This document shows positions 1 through 11,217 of a DNA stretch of 64,000 nucleotides, in pieces. Positions within the stretch are counted from its first letter, which is position 1. Each line of letters begins with the position of its first letter. The notes under the pieces are model-generated. The model was not told the DNA's origin. It saw nothing but the letters and a program-made list of their open reading frames with translations, and did no database searches. This stretch comes from Botryllus schlosseri (Eukaryota), in contig CM119372.1 in the NCBI GenBank assembly GCA_051294905.1, positions 19,656,001 to 19,720,000 on the forward strand. The letters run 5' to 3'. Made by a program: the position numbers and the translations under genes.

Positions 1-287
1 TACGGCGGATAGTAGAAGTAGAAGTAGTGCTGTAAATTAATAATCAATTGCAGGCAGAAGAAGCATTTTCCAAAACTGAAAAAGTTCTTAGAGTAAGTAG
101 TTTCAAAAAGTGGATTCGGTCGTTCAGACGCATACTTTCAGCAGTGCAGCGGAGGTGGCTACCATAGAAATTACATGATGTAACTTCGTAAGCGGACAAC
201 GCAAAATATCTACTGACACTACTATTAGGTGTAGTCTTGGACTGTAATTCAGTTACCGTGATACAGGGTCTCTTTCATGCGGTTTCA

Positions 288-493
288 CCGAGCGAGATGG
301 CATAATAGTGATGCGTCCGGCTTGTTGATCGGTAGGTCGTGGGTTCAATCCTCGACCGGGTCAGACCAAAGCCTTCGAAAACTCGTATCCGCGAACATCC
401 CGCTAGGCGCCCAGCATCCACGGATAGCGTGGAAATAATGGTGGTGCAGATTAGATGACCTTACCTAAAATTCGTATCTTATCTCTCTCTCTT
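288..493 (+). mobile_element. tRNA-derived SINE
   Basis: Pol III A-box-like TGGCATAATAG (298-308) and B-box GGTTCAATCC (342-351) with no closing acceptor stem, followed by a unique body and a (TC)n tail at ~482-493. Confidence 0.7.
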
Positions 494-900
494 CTGACGA
501 CTCCATCCATAAAAATGATGCAGACTTATCCCCAAATTACTTCTCTACTTTTCAAAATCCCAATTGATAAACAAAGTAGTTATGCCAAAAACTCTGTTCA
601 AGCAGAAGTGGAAGTAGTCTGAAACCATGTCCCCTTGAGTTAGTAGTGCAAGTAGACAGAACCTACTTGAGTATGGTACTCCAAAAAAGTAGAAGTATAT
701 CTCATCGCTCACCACGTCTGCTTGCACGACACAAAGTAAGATAGGATTTATTCCCAAAACGACAGTAATCTACCGCTACAACTGGCTGTGGGTTTTAGCC
801 AAAGCTTTGGTATGTGGAAAATCCGCGTCTGCAACTTTAGTCAGCCCTTCCGGTCATTCACTTACAAGTGATGAAAATTAGAATATAACCTGTCTTGCAG

Positions 901-1141
901 ACTGCAGTTCGTCAAAGTACTGTCGAAGGCGTCGGCCGTGACGTGGTGGAACATTAGCTCCGCGGTTCTCAACCACAGCATCAGCGCTTCAGACAAGTCC
1001 TACAAATTGAGGATAAGCGACGGCTACGCCTACTCCGCTCCTTCCAACTGGTCGTGGGTTTGCAAAAAGCCGCCGGCTATGACTTGGAAGGATCCAAAGG
1101 ACAGTACCAATACGCAGAAGCTGGAATTTGAGAGTATCCAG
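901..1141 (+). CDS. ATP6AP1: V-type ATPase accessory subunit S1 (Ac45), penultimate coding exon
   Basis: Acceptor tgtcttgcag|901 and donor CAG|gtatgt at 1142. Encodes LQFVKVLSKASAVTWWNISS...YSAPSNWSWVC...KLEFESIQ and joins in phase 0 to the terminal exon. Upstream exons lie before the window. Confidence 0.85.
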
Positions 1142-1632
1142 GTATGTCTCCCAGCTGTTTCCAATGCTAACCAGGCGTGGTTAGTAATTAATTTTGCTTC
1201 TTTGGAGTACCTTCTTTGGTGCTCTAGTAGGTTTTTCAACTTGCATTACTTACTCCTGTCGATATGTTTTGACACTTTGGATTTTGTAGAAAGTAGCTTT
1301 AGGATAAGTTTGTATCACTGTTACGAGTTGAACAACTGATCAAAATGTCTCCTGTATCACTGCAACGGACTATATTTTTGAATATTACACTTATTTGTAA
1401 TGTCGTTGGTCGTATTACATTACTCGCAAAGATGCTCCCTGCAATCTCGTAAGTAGTCACTTCCGAATATCAGCTAAATGCATTCGTCCCCTCGACCAAA
1501 TCTACCTTTTGAAACTGCTCACTTGAGTACGTTAAAGACCATCGTGTTCTGATTCCACTTGCAGTAGTCATTACATGCCTTGGATATTGCTATTTCAATT
1601 TATAATTGAGTAGAAATTTATGGTGTTACTTC

Positions 1633-2172
1633 TAGAGGTCGACAAATATTGATTTTTACAGGCTGATACCGATATATCGGTACACTCACAAGGCCGATAA
1701 CCGATATCATAGGCCGATATTAATATTGAAGGAGCAGAGAACAATTTCACCAAAAATATTATATATTAGGCAAGATGGCATTTTTTTATGCCACAGAAAG
1801 GTGAACAACAAACGAGAAAACTGAAATTGAAAAGAATTATCGCTTAATTGTGCACATACGTTGAAAATTTGGAATAGCCAAAAAGTAAATCATGATACAG
1901 GATTCCGGATCAGTTCAGAAAAGGTAGATTGTAATGCAGGAAGCATAGTTTCTCTGCATGCTCAGTTAAAATGGTCCTGCAAGGGTAAACCTGTCGCATA
2001 TCACCCTTTGAGTCGTCGATTTCTTGAGATTGAGAACACGGAGCATTGAATTTCCAATATTTTTGAATTATTTTTAAATACAAAATATCGGCCTTCATTG
2101 GCCTTCATAGGCCGATATCAATAATCGGGAAAGCTCTAAATATCAGCCATTTCGATAATCGGTCTACCTCTA
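1633..2172. mobile_element. hAT-type MITE with CCGATA subterminal repeats, in the ATP6AP1 intron
   Basis: TIRs TAGAGGTCGAC...GTCTACCTCTA and a perfect 8-bp TSD GTTACTTC (1625-1632 / 2173-2180). Confidence 0.85.
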
Positions 2173-2350
2173 GTTACTTCTACTTGAGAACTTGTATGAG
2201 GTTCATCTTTTGCGTTCACTTGAAGTAGTTTGACATGTCTAAGAAATCTCTACCTCTGCATGTAATTGAGTCGAAATTCAGACTGCTACTCAAGCACCAA
2301 TGCCGATTACTTTGACCACCTCTGGTTCTGATTTTATTACGTGGTCACAG

Positions 2351-2566
2351 CTGCAACCGTTTGGAATAGTAAACGCAAACTTCTCGAGAGCGTCGGACTG
2401 CTCCGGCTTTTTGAGCGGACCAATCTGGATGGGCACCGTCGTCAGTTTTCTGCTTCTGGCCATCTTCACTTTCGGGATGATGTTCATGTCGGCCGTCACC
2501 ACCATGGACAGATTCGACGACCCGCGCGGCAAACCGTTGTCAGTGAATCTCCAGGAAGGCAACTGA
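2351..2566 (+). CDS. ATP6AP1: V-type ATPase accessory subunit S1 (Ac45), last exon (TM helix plus cytosolic tail)
   Basis: Acceptor ggtcacag|2351. LQPFGIVNANFSRASDCSGFLSGPIWMG-[TM]-TMDRFDDPRGKPL matches the hallmark Ac45 C-terminus (FSxASDC..F..GIWMG...TMDRFDD..G). Confidence 0.95.
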   Translation: MQPFGIVNANFSRASDCSGFLSGPIWMGTVVSFLLLAIFTFGMMFMSAVTTMDRFDDPRGKPLSVNLQEGN

Positions 2567-3477
2567 GTGTCTCTGAATTTATTGTGCGAGATATTGGCGT
2601 TGTTACAGATCTATGATACTGTTATATGCAAATGTTGTGTTTGTGTTTTCATGCGTGACTCAACGCGCGTTTGGCTGCGTTGAACACTGCTATTGACAAA
2701 CTGTGGCTGTGGGCTTTGTGCCAGATACGACCAAAAGCCCCGGTTGTCGACTTGAGAATTTCTTCACCTGTCATTCATTTTTTGTAGCGATGATAGTTAT
2801 ATATTTGAAATCTCTATTCTAGCAATAGTTATGGCAATACACCGTTTTTGTTGTCGCAGTGCATTGAATCGTGTCTCATGAGCTGTGGTTTGGGTTTGTG
2901 AATAAATGGATTGCCGTGGTCCCGATTGTTTTAACGCATTTTGGAGCTGGTGACAAGCAAGATAGAACGGGTCCCGCTGGTGTCGCTTGTGGAATCTCAG
3001 TCTAGTATCAGCTTCTGCTGAAATGATCGTGTCGAGAGGTGACAATTGCTATTGTCACGTACCCACCGATGTCAGACGCCTGGATAGCAAAGGGAACGGG
3101 ACACGGCCGTGGTTGCCTTGTCGTGATGTCATATATTACTGGAAACCAGTGGCGGATCGCCACAATGTAGGTTAGAGTATAAGGGCGAAACCTCCGATTT
3201 GTTTTTTTCAAAATGTTTCAGCGGCTCAATAATTCCCCGTAACATGATAAATGAACAATATGAACATTAAGGGGTGTTAAAAAATTACTTTTTTCCTCAA
3301 ATTGTACTGGCTATTCGATAAAATTATTAGGTTACCTAATTTAAGCCTACACCAAATTTGGTTATATTCCAGCCAGTAGCCGCATTGCTACAGGAGAATA
3401 AGTTTTCTATTTATTATATAAATATAAATTACCTAAAATTTCAACTGCTCACCCCACGAAAGTGTTGGGTTGTCATT

Positions 3478-3700
3478 AGAAACGATGTTCACCAAATTTG
3501 GCTCAACTCCAATCAGTGGAAGCGGAGTTATTGCCGTGGAAAAGTTTGCATTTGAATAATATATAGTATTTACGGTGGGCACACCTTAAAGAATTGGTCA
3601 CCGTAAATACTATTTTATTGATAATCCGGATTTTTCCACGGCAATATAACTCCGCTTCCACTGATTGGAATTGAGCCAAATTTGGTGAACATCGTTTCTA
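3478..3700. repeat. Long imperfect palindrome (arms ~100 bp) within a repeat family also present at ~46160-46480
   Basis: TAGAAACGATGTTCACCAAATTTGGCTCAA... at 3478 is the reverse complement of ...TTGAGCCAAATTTGGTGAACATCGTTTCTA ending at 3700. Confidence 0.85.
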
Positions 3701-4030
3701 AAGACAAATTGTCCATATGGTAGGGCTGCCATAATTCTGGAATTTCAGTGTTCCAACTGCGTCCGGGAGGACTTTCTAAATTTTGCCCAAATGTCAGGAA
3801 TGTTGAAGGTTTGGAACAGGACCAAAATGTTTTCGTAAATCAGCATAATAACATTATTATTTTTGAGGCAGATTTATGTCACTTGAAATTTTTCTTCGCG
3901 CTACGCGCAATTTAGTGTCACACTCATGGATTTCAATATGTGAACCACCACCCTAGCAAGATATGCAATCAAATATTATTGAAAATAACCATCATTTTTT
4001 GAAATAAGTCTAATCGTAATCATAAATAGG

Positions 4031-5295
4031 CAGAGGTGGTCAAAGTAGTCAAGAAAGCTACTCAAGTAGAAGTTGAAGTAGATACGGAAAAATCTACTCA
4101 AGTACGAGTAGAGGTACTTCTTCCATAAGCAACTCAAATCTACTTGCAGTAGAAGTAGAATTGACTTACTTTAAATCTACTCAAGTAAGTAAGTAGTTGT
4201 GAAAACGATCGTAATTCGTTCGCATTGATTGTCAAAAGCTGCAAATTGAGCTATGCGAAAGGTGCCGAGCTTGATTCATTGTGATGCATACCAGAAACTA
4301 TCCAATTTTCGACAGCATAAGCGTTCGTACCATTGATGGGATGAAAATGATAGTATTGATATGGAAATACGATATTAATCCTCTGTTTACTCGAACAGCA
4401 CGTTTTAGAAAATATCACGGTATGGCTCCCTCCCCCATATTATAAGGCCCGTAGTTTAGTCGGAGAGCAATGCGGAGAAGTTGTATCGGACACGGTGTAG
4501 ACACTTTGCGCGATTAGTGAACGTTAATAAAAAATATGGTGGATCGTAAAAATATCATATTGTGTAGCTTTATTTCCGGAAATTAAAGGTATTTCTGCAC
4601 TTGCTTTTATACTTAAACATGTATGTTCCGCAGACAAAAGAACTGCTACTAATTAGAACTCAAAGTATGATACTGGGAATTGAAAGTGAAATATAAATAC
4701 TACTTCTAAAAGCGGAAAATGTATTTCATGTCTTTAGTCCAGAACGTTTCAAGTGTTGTATGCTAAAACAGGTCTAAAGCTAAAAAAAAGTCAGAGCGCA
4801 CTGTTCCAGTTTAGGACACGCCACTACGATATGATGAGTCAATGCTAGATTTCGAAACATCAGTTTCAAGCGTTATGATGGGCCATATATCATGTGATTT
4901 CATATGGGCGACAATGCGGTGTAAACGGGACCTCGTACCCGCTATTTAAATTATATTTACCGATACGTTCGTGAAATCATATTGGTCACTCCATACCCCA
5001 TGTGTGCGAAGCGCGACGAAAATTCTGGGCGTGATTCAACTTTTCTGAAAATTCAATGTTAATACTCCGTGAAAACAGCCCCGAAATTCATCAGGCTATC
5101 TTCCTGATTGGAGGATTAAACTACTTCTACTTGACAAACTGAAAATAACGAAAAGTAAGGAAGTAGATCACAAAATATTATGAAGTAGAAGTAGAAGTAG
5201 CAAAAATTAGTACTACTGGAGTAAGTATTAGAAGTAGAGCAAAATTACTTGAGTACTTCACAAAAGTAGAAGTACTTCGTTACTGACCACCTCTG
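4031..5295. mobile_element. Non-autonomous hAT element with AAGTAG/CTACTT-rich subterminal arrays
   Basis: TIRs CAGAGGTGGTCA...TGACCACCTCTG and TSD TAAATAGG/CAAATAGG (7/8). Degraded relatives at ~27788-28693, ~36917-37823, ~29390-30415 and in 1-720. Confidence 0.85.
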
Positions 5296-5679
5296 CAAAT
5301 AGGCTATAGGAGAACGGTATATTACTAGAGTTGGTTTAGGCTATTTAGATGCTTTAATGGTCAAAGTTATTGGCTCTAAACCTGGGGGTTGTTTGTCTAT
5401 ATTCTGGGATTCGCGAAGATGTTGAACGTAATCAGCTTCCAAAATAGGTCGTAAGTCTGAGCAGGGCCACAAAACATTTTCGAATTAGAAATGGAGTCGC
5501 GACCATGAATGGTTGAACACCACCGGATGTGCAACCCGATGGTGTAGATCTGCATTTAGGCTCATAAATAGTCTTTTATCCGTGTGACATAACATAACTT
5601 TACGATGTATAATTCCGTTCCCTGTATTTTCGAAGTTATCATCCTCCACCAGCTTCCCCGCTAACTACGATCATGTGGG

Positions 5680-6510
5680 CGAGAGAGAGAGAGATTTATT
5701 GATTTGTCCAACCGTAAAGAAAACATCATTGGCACATGAAACAACAATAAATGAACTTAACGATATAGGACAGGGTGAGACCGATATGACTCTGGCTGGG
5801 TAGGGTCAATATAACGCAGAGCGAATGTTTGTAGATGTTATAGTTGTATAATCTGACTCCAGAAGGTTGCGTTTACAATTCGCTGCGTGTTCCCTTGCGT
5901 TCGACGGACCGGCGTAACTACGCCGTGCGGCCTTGTTGGCTGACGTACCACGAAGCCTGTCTATTGCACACGTATTCGATGGACCACACTGACGAATATA
6001 TTTTGTTTCTGTCTCCACGACTTGTAACTTTATTGAATCACGTACGGCAATGCAACGGACTTCCGAATCAGCGAATAATGAATGAATGAATATCTCTACG
6101 TAGTATTACATACCCATATCACTAATAGCCACGAGAGAGTACATGCACCAAACATCGTAACATTTCATATTTTGTTATCTACGTTCACACGACAAAATAT
6201 ACGACTCACAAAGGTCTTATCGGGTCTCAGTTCAGAGAATTACGCAAGGTTTACCAACTCCTTATTGAATATTATTAAAATGGCGTTATACCAATATATT
6301 TCGTTAAAGTCAACTAGTCTGATCCTGTTCGATGGGGCAAGCCAGCCATCACACGCATGGCTCGGTTTTGCAGGGTACGGATTTTAGAACAATGTGAAGT
6401 ACAAGCATTCCCCCATACAAATATGCCATACTGTAGATACGAGTAAAAAAGCGAAAAGTATATTTTCCCAAGCACAGATCTAGGAACTATGTGCTTGAGT
6501 TTTGTCATTA
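5680..6510 (-). mobile_element. LINE (L2/CR1 group) 3' remnant with (TC)n tail
   Basis: Minus-strand peptide KLKHIVPRSVLGKIYFSLFYSYLQYGIFVWGNAC...LQNRAMRVM is typical of the post-RT region of CR1/L2-group ORF2. It is frame-disrupted, with (GA)n at ~5679-5694. Confidence 0.8.
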
Positions 6511-6726
6511 CACCTACACACCTACACCTACACACCTACGGAGAAATGATCAAAGTTTTATAGTGATATATAAAATTTATTTACCAGATGCATATAGAAA
6601 TCAGATGTTTATTTGGACGGGAAGGGCTGACAAAAATGGTGTTTCGATCCTGGTTACAATACACAACCACATAAATGCACCGATCTAACATTATAGCGGC
6701 TCCTGATCCGGATCGTGACTACTGAC

Positions 6727-7243
6727 TAGGGCTGGGCAAAATCGAGTACCTGAGTGATTCGATTCTGAATCACGTAATATGCTTCGAGTCGAGTCGAGTA
6801 ATCGAGTATCACTCATTATGACGTCATAAAAGAATGTAATACGTCAAAGGTCAAATATGTACCGTTTATGCCCCCACAAGGAATATAATGCCTTTTATCC
6901 ATCTCATAAATGATAATTTGGTATTTTTCCGACCATACCGATGTCATTCCACTTGGTGACAACTTTGTGGGATAATCAAGACTTCGGAAATGTGCTACGC
7001 CCAGTAACCTTCGTAGCTTCGTACCATACGTTTCGTATGCTACGATACCGCCAATCAACGTTTCAAGGCTTCACCAGTGAAAATTAGTATCGAAACTATA
7101 ATTCTCGTTGATAAATTAACTTTCAGTGGCGAGAAGCTTATAATTTCAGTACTCGAAAAAATCGTATTTTACTACTCGACTCGAATCATTAAAATTAATA
7201 CTCGATTCAGATTCGAGTACTCGAATCATTGTGCCCAGCCCTA
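6727..7243. mobile_element. hAT-type MITE with TCGAG/CTCGA subterminal repeats
   Basis: TIRs TAGGGCTGGGCA...TGCCCAGCCCTA. ATCGTGAC occurs on both flanks, offset by 7 nt on the left. Confidence 0.8.
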
Positions 7244-8813
7244 ATCGTGACCCCCTATCCTATGGCGGATAGGATAGGCAAAGCTTCGCTAGTGTGACGT
7301 CATATTGACTTACAAAGTGTGCCATAACTCATTTTTAAATCCGCCAGTGGGCGCTAAATAGTGTCCGGAATTTGCTTCCCACAAATATGGCAACCCTACC
7401 ATATGCCCATTGTTCAATTGTACATTGTCAATCCTCAAGACAAAATACAAGTATATTCTGCTGAATGAATACTTGTCTGCGCTGAGCTGAGTATATCCAC
7501 GGGGCCCTCGAGATACGGGGCCACGATCTCATATCTCCATTTCACCCACACATACCACTTTATTTTCATCGTTTGTCCTTATTATTTTATATCCTCTCTT
7601 AATTCCGTATGCAGTGCACTGTACGTACAAGTGCACGATATTATTTGAGAGCTACCGAATGTATCTTTTTTTCCGGAAATGTCAATATCAGTGCAGTGCA
7701 CCAGTCGCTCGAAAATCACACTGCACATTGGAAATCCCAATGTTTCAAGATGATCACACAGCAGACAAACAATGCCCTCTCGATTTTGTCAGAACAATGT
7801 ATCCTAGTATAGTTTCTTTTGCGATGTATTCCGCTGTCGTTCGGCGAATGTAGCGTGGTAACGCAGAGGCACTGAGGCGAGGCCCTGTGGATACTGGATA
7901 TACGCACTTACGCAGGTATCACTCAGGTATCGCTCTGCATCATGTCTGGGGTGTGTTCAAGTTTTTCTAGCACTCAGGTATCATGTCTTGAGTGTGTCTG
8001 ACACACCCCAGACACCTTCCAGACATGATGCAGAGTGATACCTGAGTGATGCACATTAAAAATGCCTAGTGTCTTGGTGTTTTACTGGTTTCAGACATGT
8101 CCTGGAAGAGTCACATACAATCACTCAAACCACAACTATCGAAGGTATGTGTTCTATTTCGCAGCCTTAGCTACACTCTGCCAGTCAGCGTGCTGTTGAT
8201 ACTCTTTAACACTCTATTCCCATCAACGTTAAAATACGGAATTCTTTGTTGGGGTGCTGCCTGCAAGAATACGATTGACCGACTGCAAAAACTTCAACAT
8301 CGGATCATCCGTATCATTGCCAAATCCCCACGAGAGCCTGAATGTGCAACTGATAAATCGCTTCTCAAAAGATTTGGTGTTCTAAACTTGGAAGATATGA
8401 GGAAACTAGAAATTGCAAAGTTTATGTATCAGTTCCATTGCGGTCAATGTCCCTCAAATTTCAACGACTACTTCACTTCACCTCGGAGACAAAAGCGCAC
8501 AAGTACAGCACACGTGCGTCAACGAAGAACAACTACCATATGATCAGGACTGAACACAAGAAAACGCATTGCTCGATCAAGTATGCCGGACCCCAATTGT
8601 GGAACAGCATCTCGCCGGCTTTCCGACAGTCGTCGAGCATATCCACATTCAAGTCGAAATACAAGCAATTTCTTCTAAATGAATACTAGCCAGTCTTCAG
8701 GATTACCGGACCACGACCTAACACCGTCGTCACCTCATTTTGTCGCTTGCGTCTTATATTCTCTGCATTACTTTTCATTCCGTGTGCATGCCTCTTCTTT
8801 ATTTCGCCTAAGC

Positions 8814-10538
8814 CAGTGGTTCTTAACCTTTTTTCCTCCAGCGCCCCTTTTTAAAGATTTTCGTGCTCCAGCGCCCCCCAACCTCATATTGTAAGGAATA
8901 TAATAAAGACGGAGAGGAGGGCCGTAGCAGCACTTCGTCAACCCCCCTAAAAACGATTGCCTTGCGCACCCATAGCGTGATAAACAAAAGTTCTGAGGGC
9001 TTCGCCCCCAAGAACTCTGTAGCGTGATTTCGATGGTCAGCAAAGTTTGTGTGGCCTGGCCCTATGCGCCAAAATTTTCTATAATGCATGAATGAATAGG
9101 TGGTAATTACCTACATACGTCGCTATAAACGTTTTATCCTCTCAGCCCACGTAATCAGATTTACCAGTAGCGCTGAGTGAGCTGTTGTATTGGAAAATAA
9201 GGCGCATTGATAATTAAACATATTCGGGCGTGCCCGTAGGTACAATTAATTTGTTACCAGGGCCGTAGCAGCACTTCGTCAGCCCCCCCGAAAAAAAACG
9301 TTGGTCTTGGGCCCCCATAGGGTGATAAACCAAACTTCCGGGTGGCTTCGCCCCAAGACCCCCCTTTGGCTATCCGCTATCTGCTGATATGGTCATCTAC
9401 GTTGGGTGTCCATTTACTGAGCGAGCTATTCTCGCCTAGACGCACGAAGCGCGAAAAATTTCACTAATTATTGATTGAATTGATCAATATGATCGGGAAT
9501 TGGATATATATTGATATCAATTTTTATCCTCTCTCTGCTCACGTAAACAGATTTACCGGTAGAGCTGAGCGATGTGTGATTGAAAAGGTAGGACCGCTCA
9601 ATAATGATTATGCATCTTCGGACGTATACCCGTTGGCAGGAACGAAACGACACTTCGTCAGGCCCCCCGAAAAAACTTGGGTCTTGGAATTGCATTTATA
9701 TTGCTATCAATTTCTTGTCCTCTCTGCTCACGTTACCAGATTTACCGGTAGAGCTGAGTGAGGTGCAATGTTCCCTCTAAGCTGTGTACGTGCGCAGTGC
9801 TGACACGGTCTCTGCGCACAGAAAATCTACGTTGCGCACAACAAATCCGAAGTTATGACCTTTTTTCAGCCGTTACGCACTGTTGTTCAAGGGTCTGCGC
9901 AGTAAGTTGGCGAGTGTGCTCAGACTCGTCAAAACGTAGAGGGAACATTGTAAGGTGTCTTGGAAACTGTAGGGTCCGTAACTAATAATTAAACATATTC
10001 GGGCGGGCGGACCCGTGGGTATGACTTCGTTGCATGATGGTATTTCGTGACCTCCTGTCTGCTATATCAAAAAATATAAAATCGCCCAACAGGGATATTG
10101 CCCAACACGGATATCTAGTACCATATATTCCTGTCGCCCAATCGTACTAAACTAAAAGACGCAAACTATTTCAAATTGGTATTTCGTCACTTGCATATAA
10201 TTTTTCCATTTCAGATGGAATTCGTCTTCTGAGGTTCAGTTGAAAAGACAGGAACATTCGGTGCCAGTCATTTAGGCGCCTATGAACAATTAAACCTATA
10301 TGTCTTTTGTAGGCTATATATAACGAAGTTTTCGGTGTTAATTCGCTCTGAATACTCAATAAGGATTATGTCCTACTACCACATCATCTACATTCTACAG
10401 CGAAGCCATTTTTCTCCAGCGCCCCCCATATCGCCCCCTGAGCCCAGCGCCCCCCATATCGCCCCCTGAGCGTTTCCGCCCCCTTCAAAATCGCCAGTGC
10501 CCCTTGGGGGGCGCTGGAGGCAAGGTTAAGAACCACTG
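8814..10538. mobile_element. hAT/Charlie-like non-autonomous element
   Basis: TIRs CAGTGGTTCTTAACC...GGTTAAGAACCACTG and TSD GCCTAAGC/GCCTAGGC (7/8). Confidence 0.88.
9766..9950. mobile_element. Short MITE (CAATGTTCCCTCTA TIR)
   Basis: TIRs CAATGTTCCCTCTA...TAGAGGGAACATTG. A second, inverted copy lies at ~62343-62518. Confidence 0.8.
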
Positions 10539-10724
10539 GCCTAGGCTAAGGTGGGTGTCTGATAATAAGGGCTACTCCAAACTGTTTCGACACCTTCCTA
10601 TCTTTTCATTGTATCTTTGCATTGTATCATTGTATCTTGTGATGTTTTGAAACGATGGAAATATTAATAAACCTGATTGATTGATTGATGCCTGTGATAG
10701 CTGCGATACCTGAGTGATACCTGC

Positions 10725-11217
10725 CAGAGATGAGCATGGATTAGGATTTGGGAAAACGGGATTTGTGAAATTTTGTCGGATTTGGATTGGATTAGGGCTT
10801 AATATTTTTATCAATGAATTAGGATTAGGATTGGATCTACCGATTTTCGGAGAGATTGATGTCCTGCTGCGAATACCGACAACGTTTTTCGTCCTATCAA
10901 AGTTGCTTCATGTCCTGTGGCACTGATTAGGCGTTCTATTTCTTTTTACAGAATTATATACATAATATGTCTGCTTTCTGAGTGAAATCTCAAGTTTGAA
11001 TCGGATTAGGATTAGGCTTGAAATCTAAAAAAATTATGGATTAGGATTTGAAGTTTCGGATTTGGATTGGATTAGGACAGGGGCGGGCAAGTTCTCCAGT
11101 CGGCGGGCCGGATAGGGGAAAATGAAGTACTCGGCGGGTCGCTCAAAATCCCGTGGAGGGCCGTATGTTGCCCGTCCTTGGATTAGGACATAGAAATTTC
11201 AAATCCGCTCATCTCTG
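10725..11217. mobile_element. hAT-type MITE with GGATT(A/T) arrays
   Basis: TIRs CAGAGATGAGC...GCTCATCTCTG and TSD ATACCTGC/ATACCTAC (7/8). Confidence 0.85.
11078..11180. mobile_element. 103-bp hAT MITE nested in the previous element
   Basis: Ends CAGGGGCGGGCAA...TTGCCCGTCCTTG with a perfect TSD GATTAGGA. A related left end starts at 45518. Confidence 0.85.

Larger units (their letters stand above)
8069..10689 (+). mobile_element. 5'-truncated LINE (L2/CR1 group), split by a hAT insertion
   Basis: LGVLLVSDMSWKSHIQSL...LKYGILCWGAAC...LQKLQHRIIRII..., then after a frameshift SIKYAGPQLWNSIS...FKSKYKQFLL. The 3' UTR resumes at 10547 with a GGTGTC..GACACC hairpin, AATAAA and an (ATTG)n tail. Confidence 0.88.

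Noticed and set aside
8097..8689. Host protein-coding ORFs
   Set aside because: They are frameshifted pieces of LINE ORF2.
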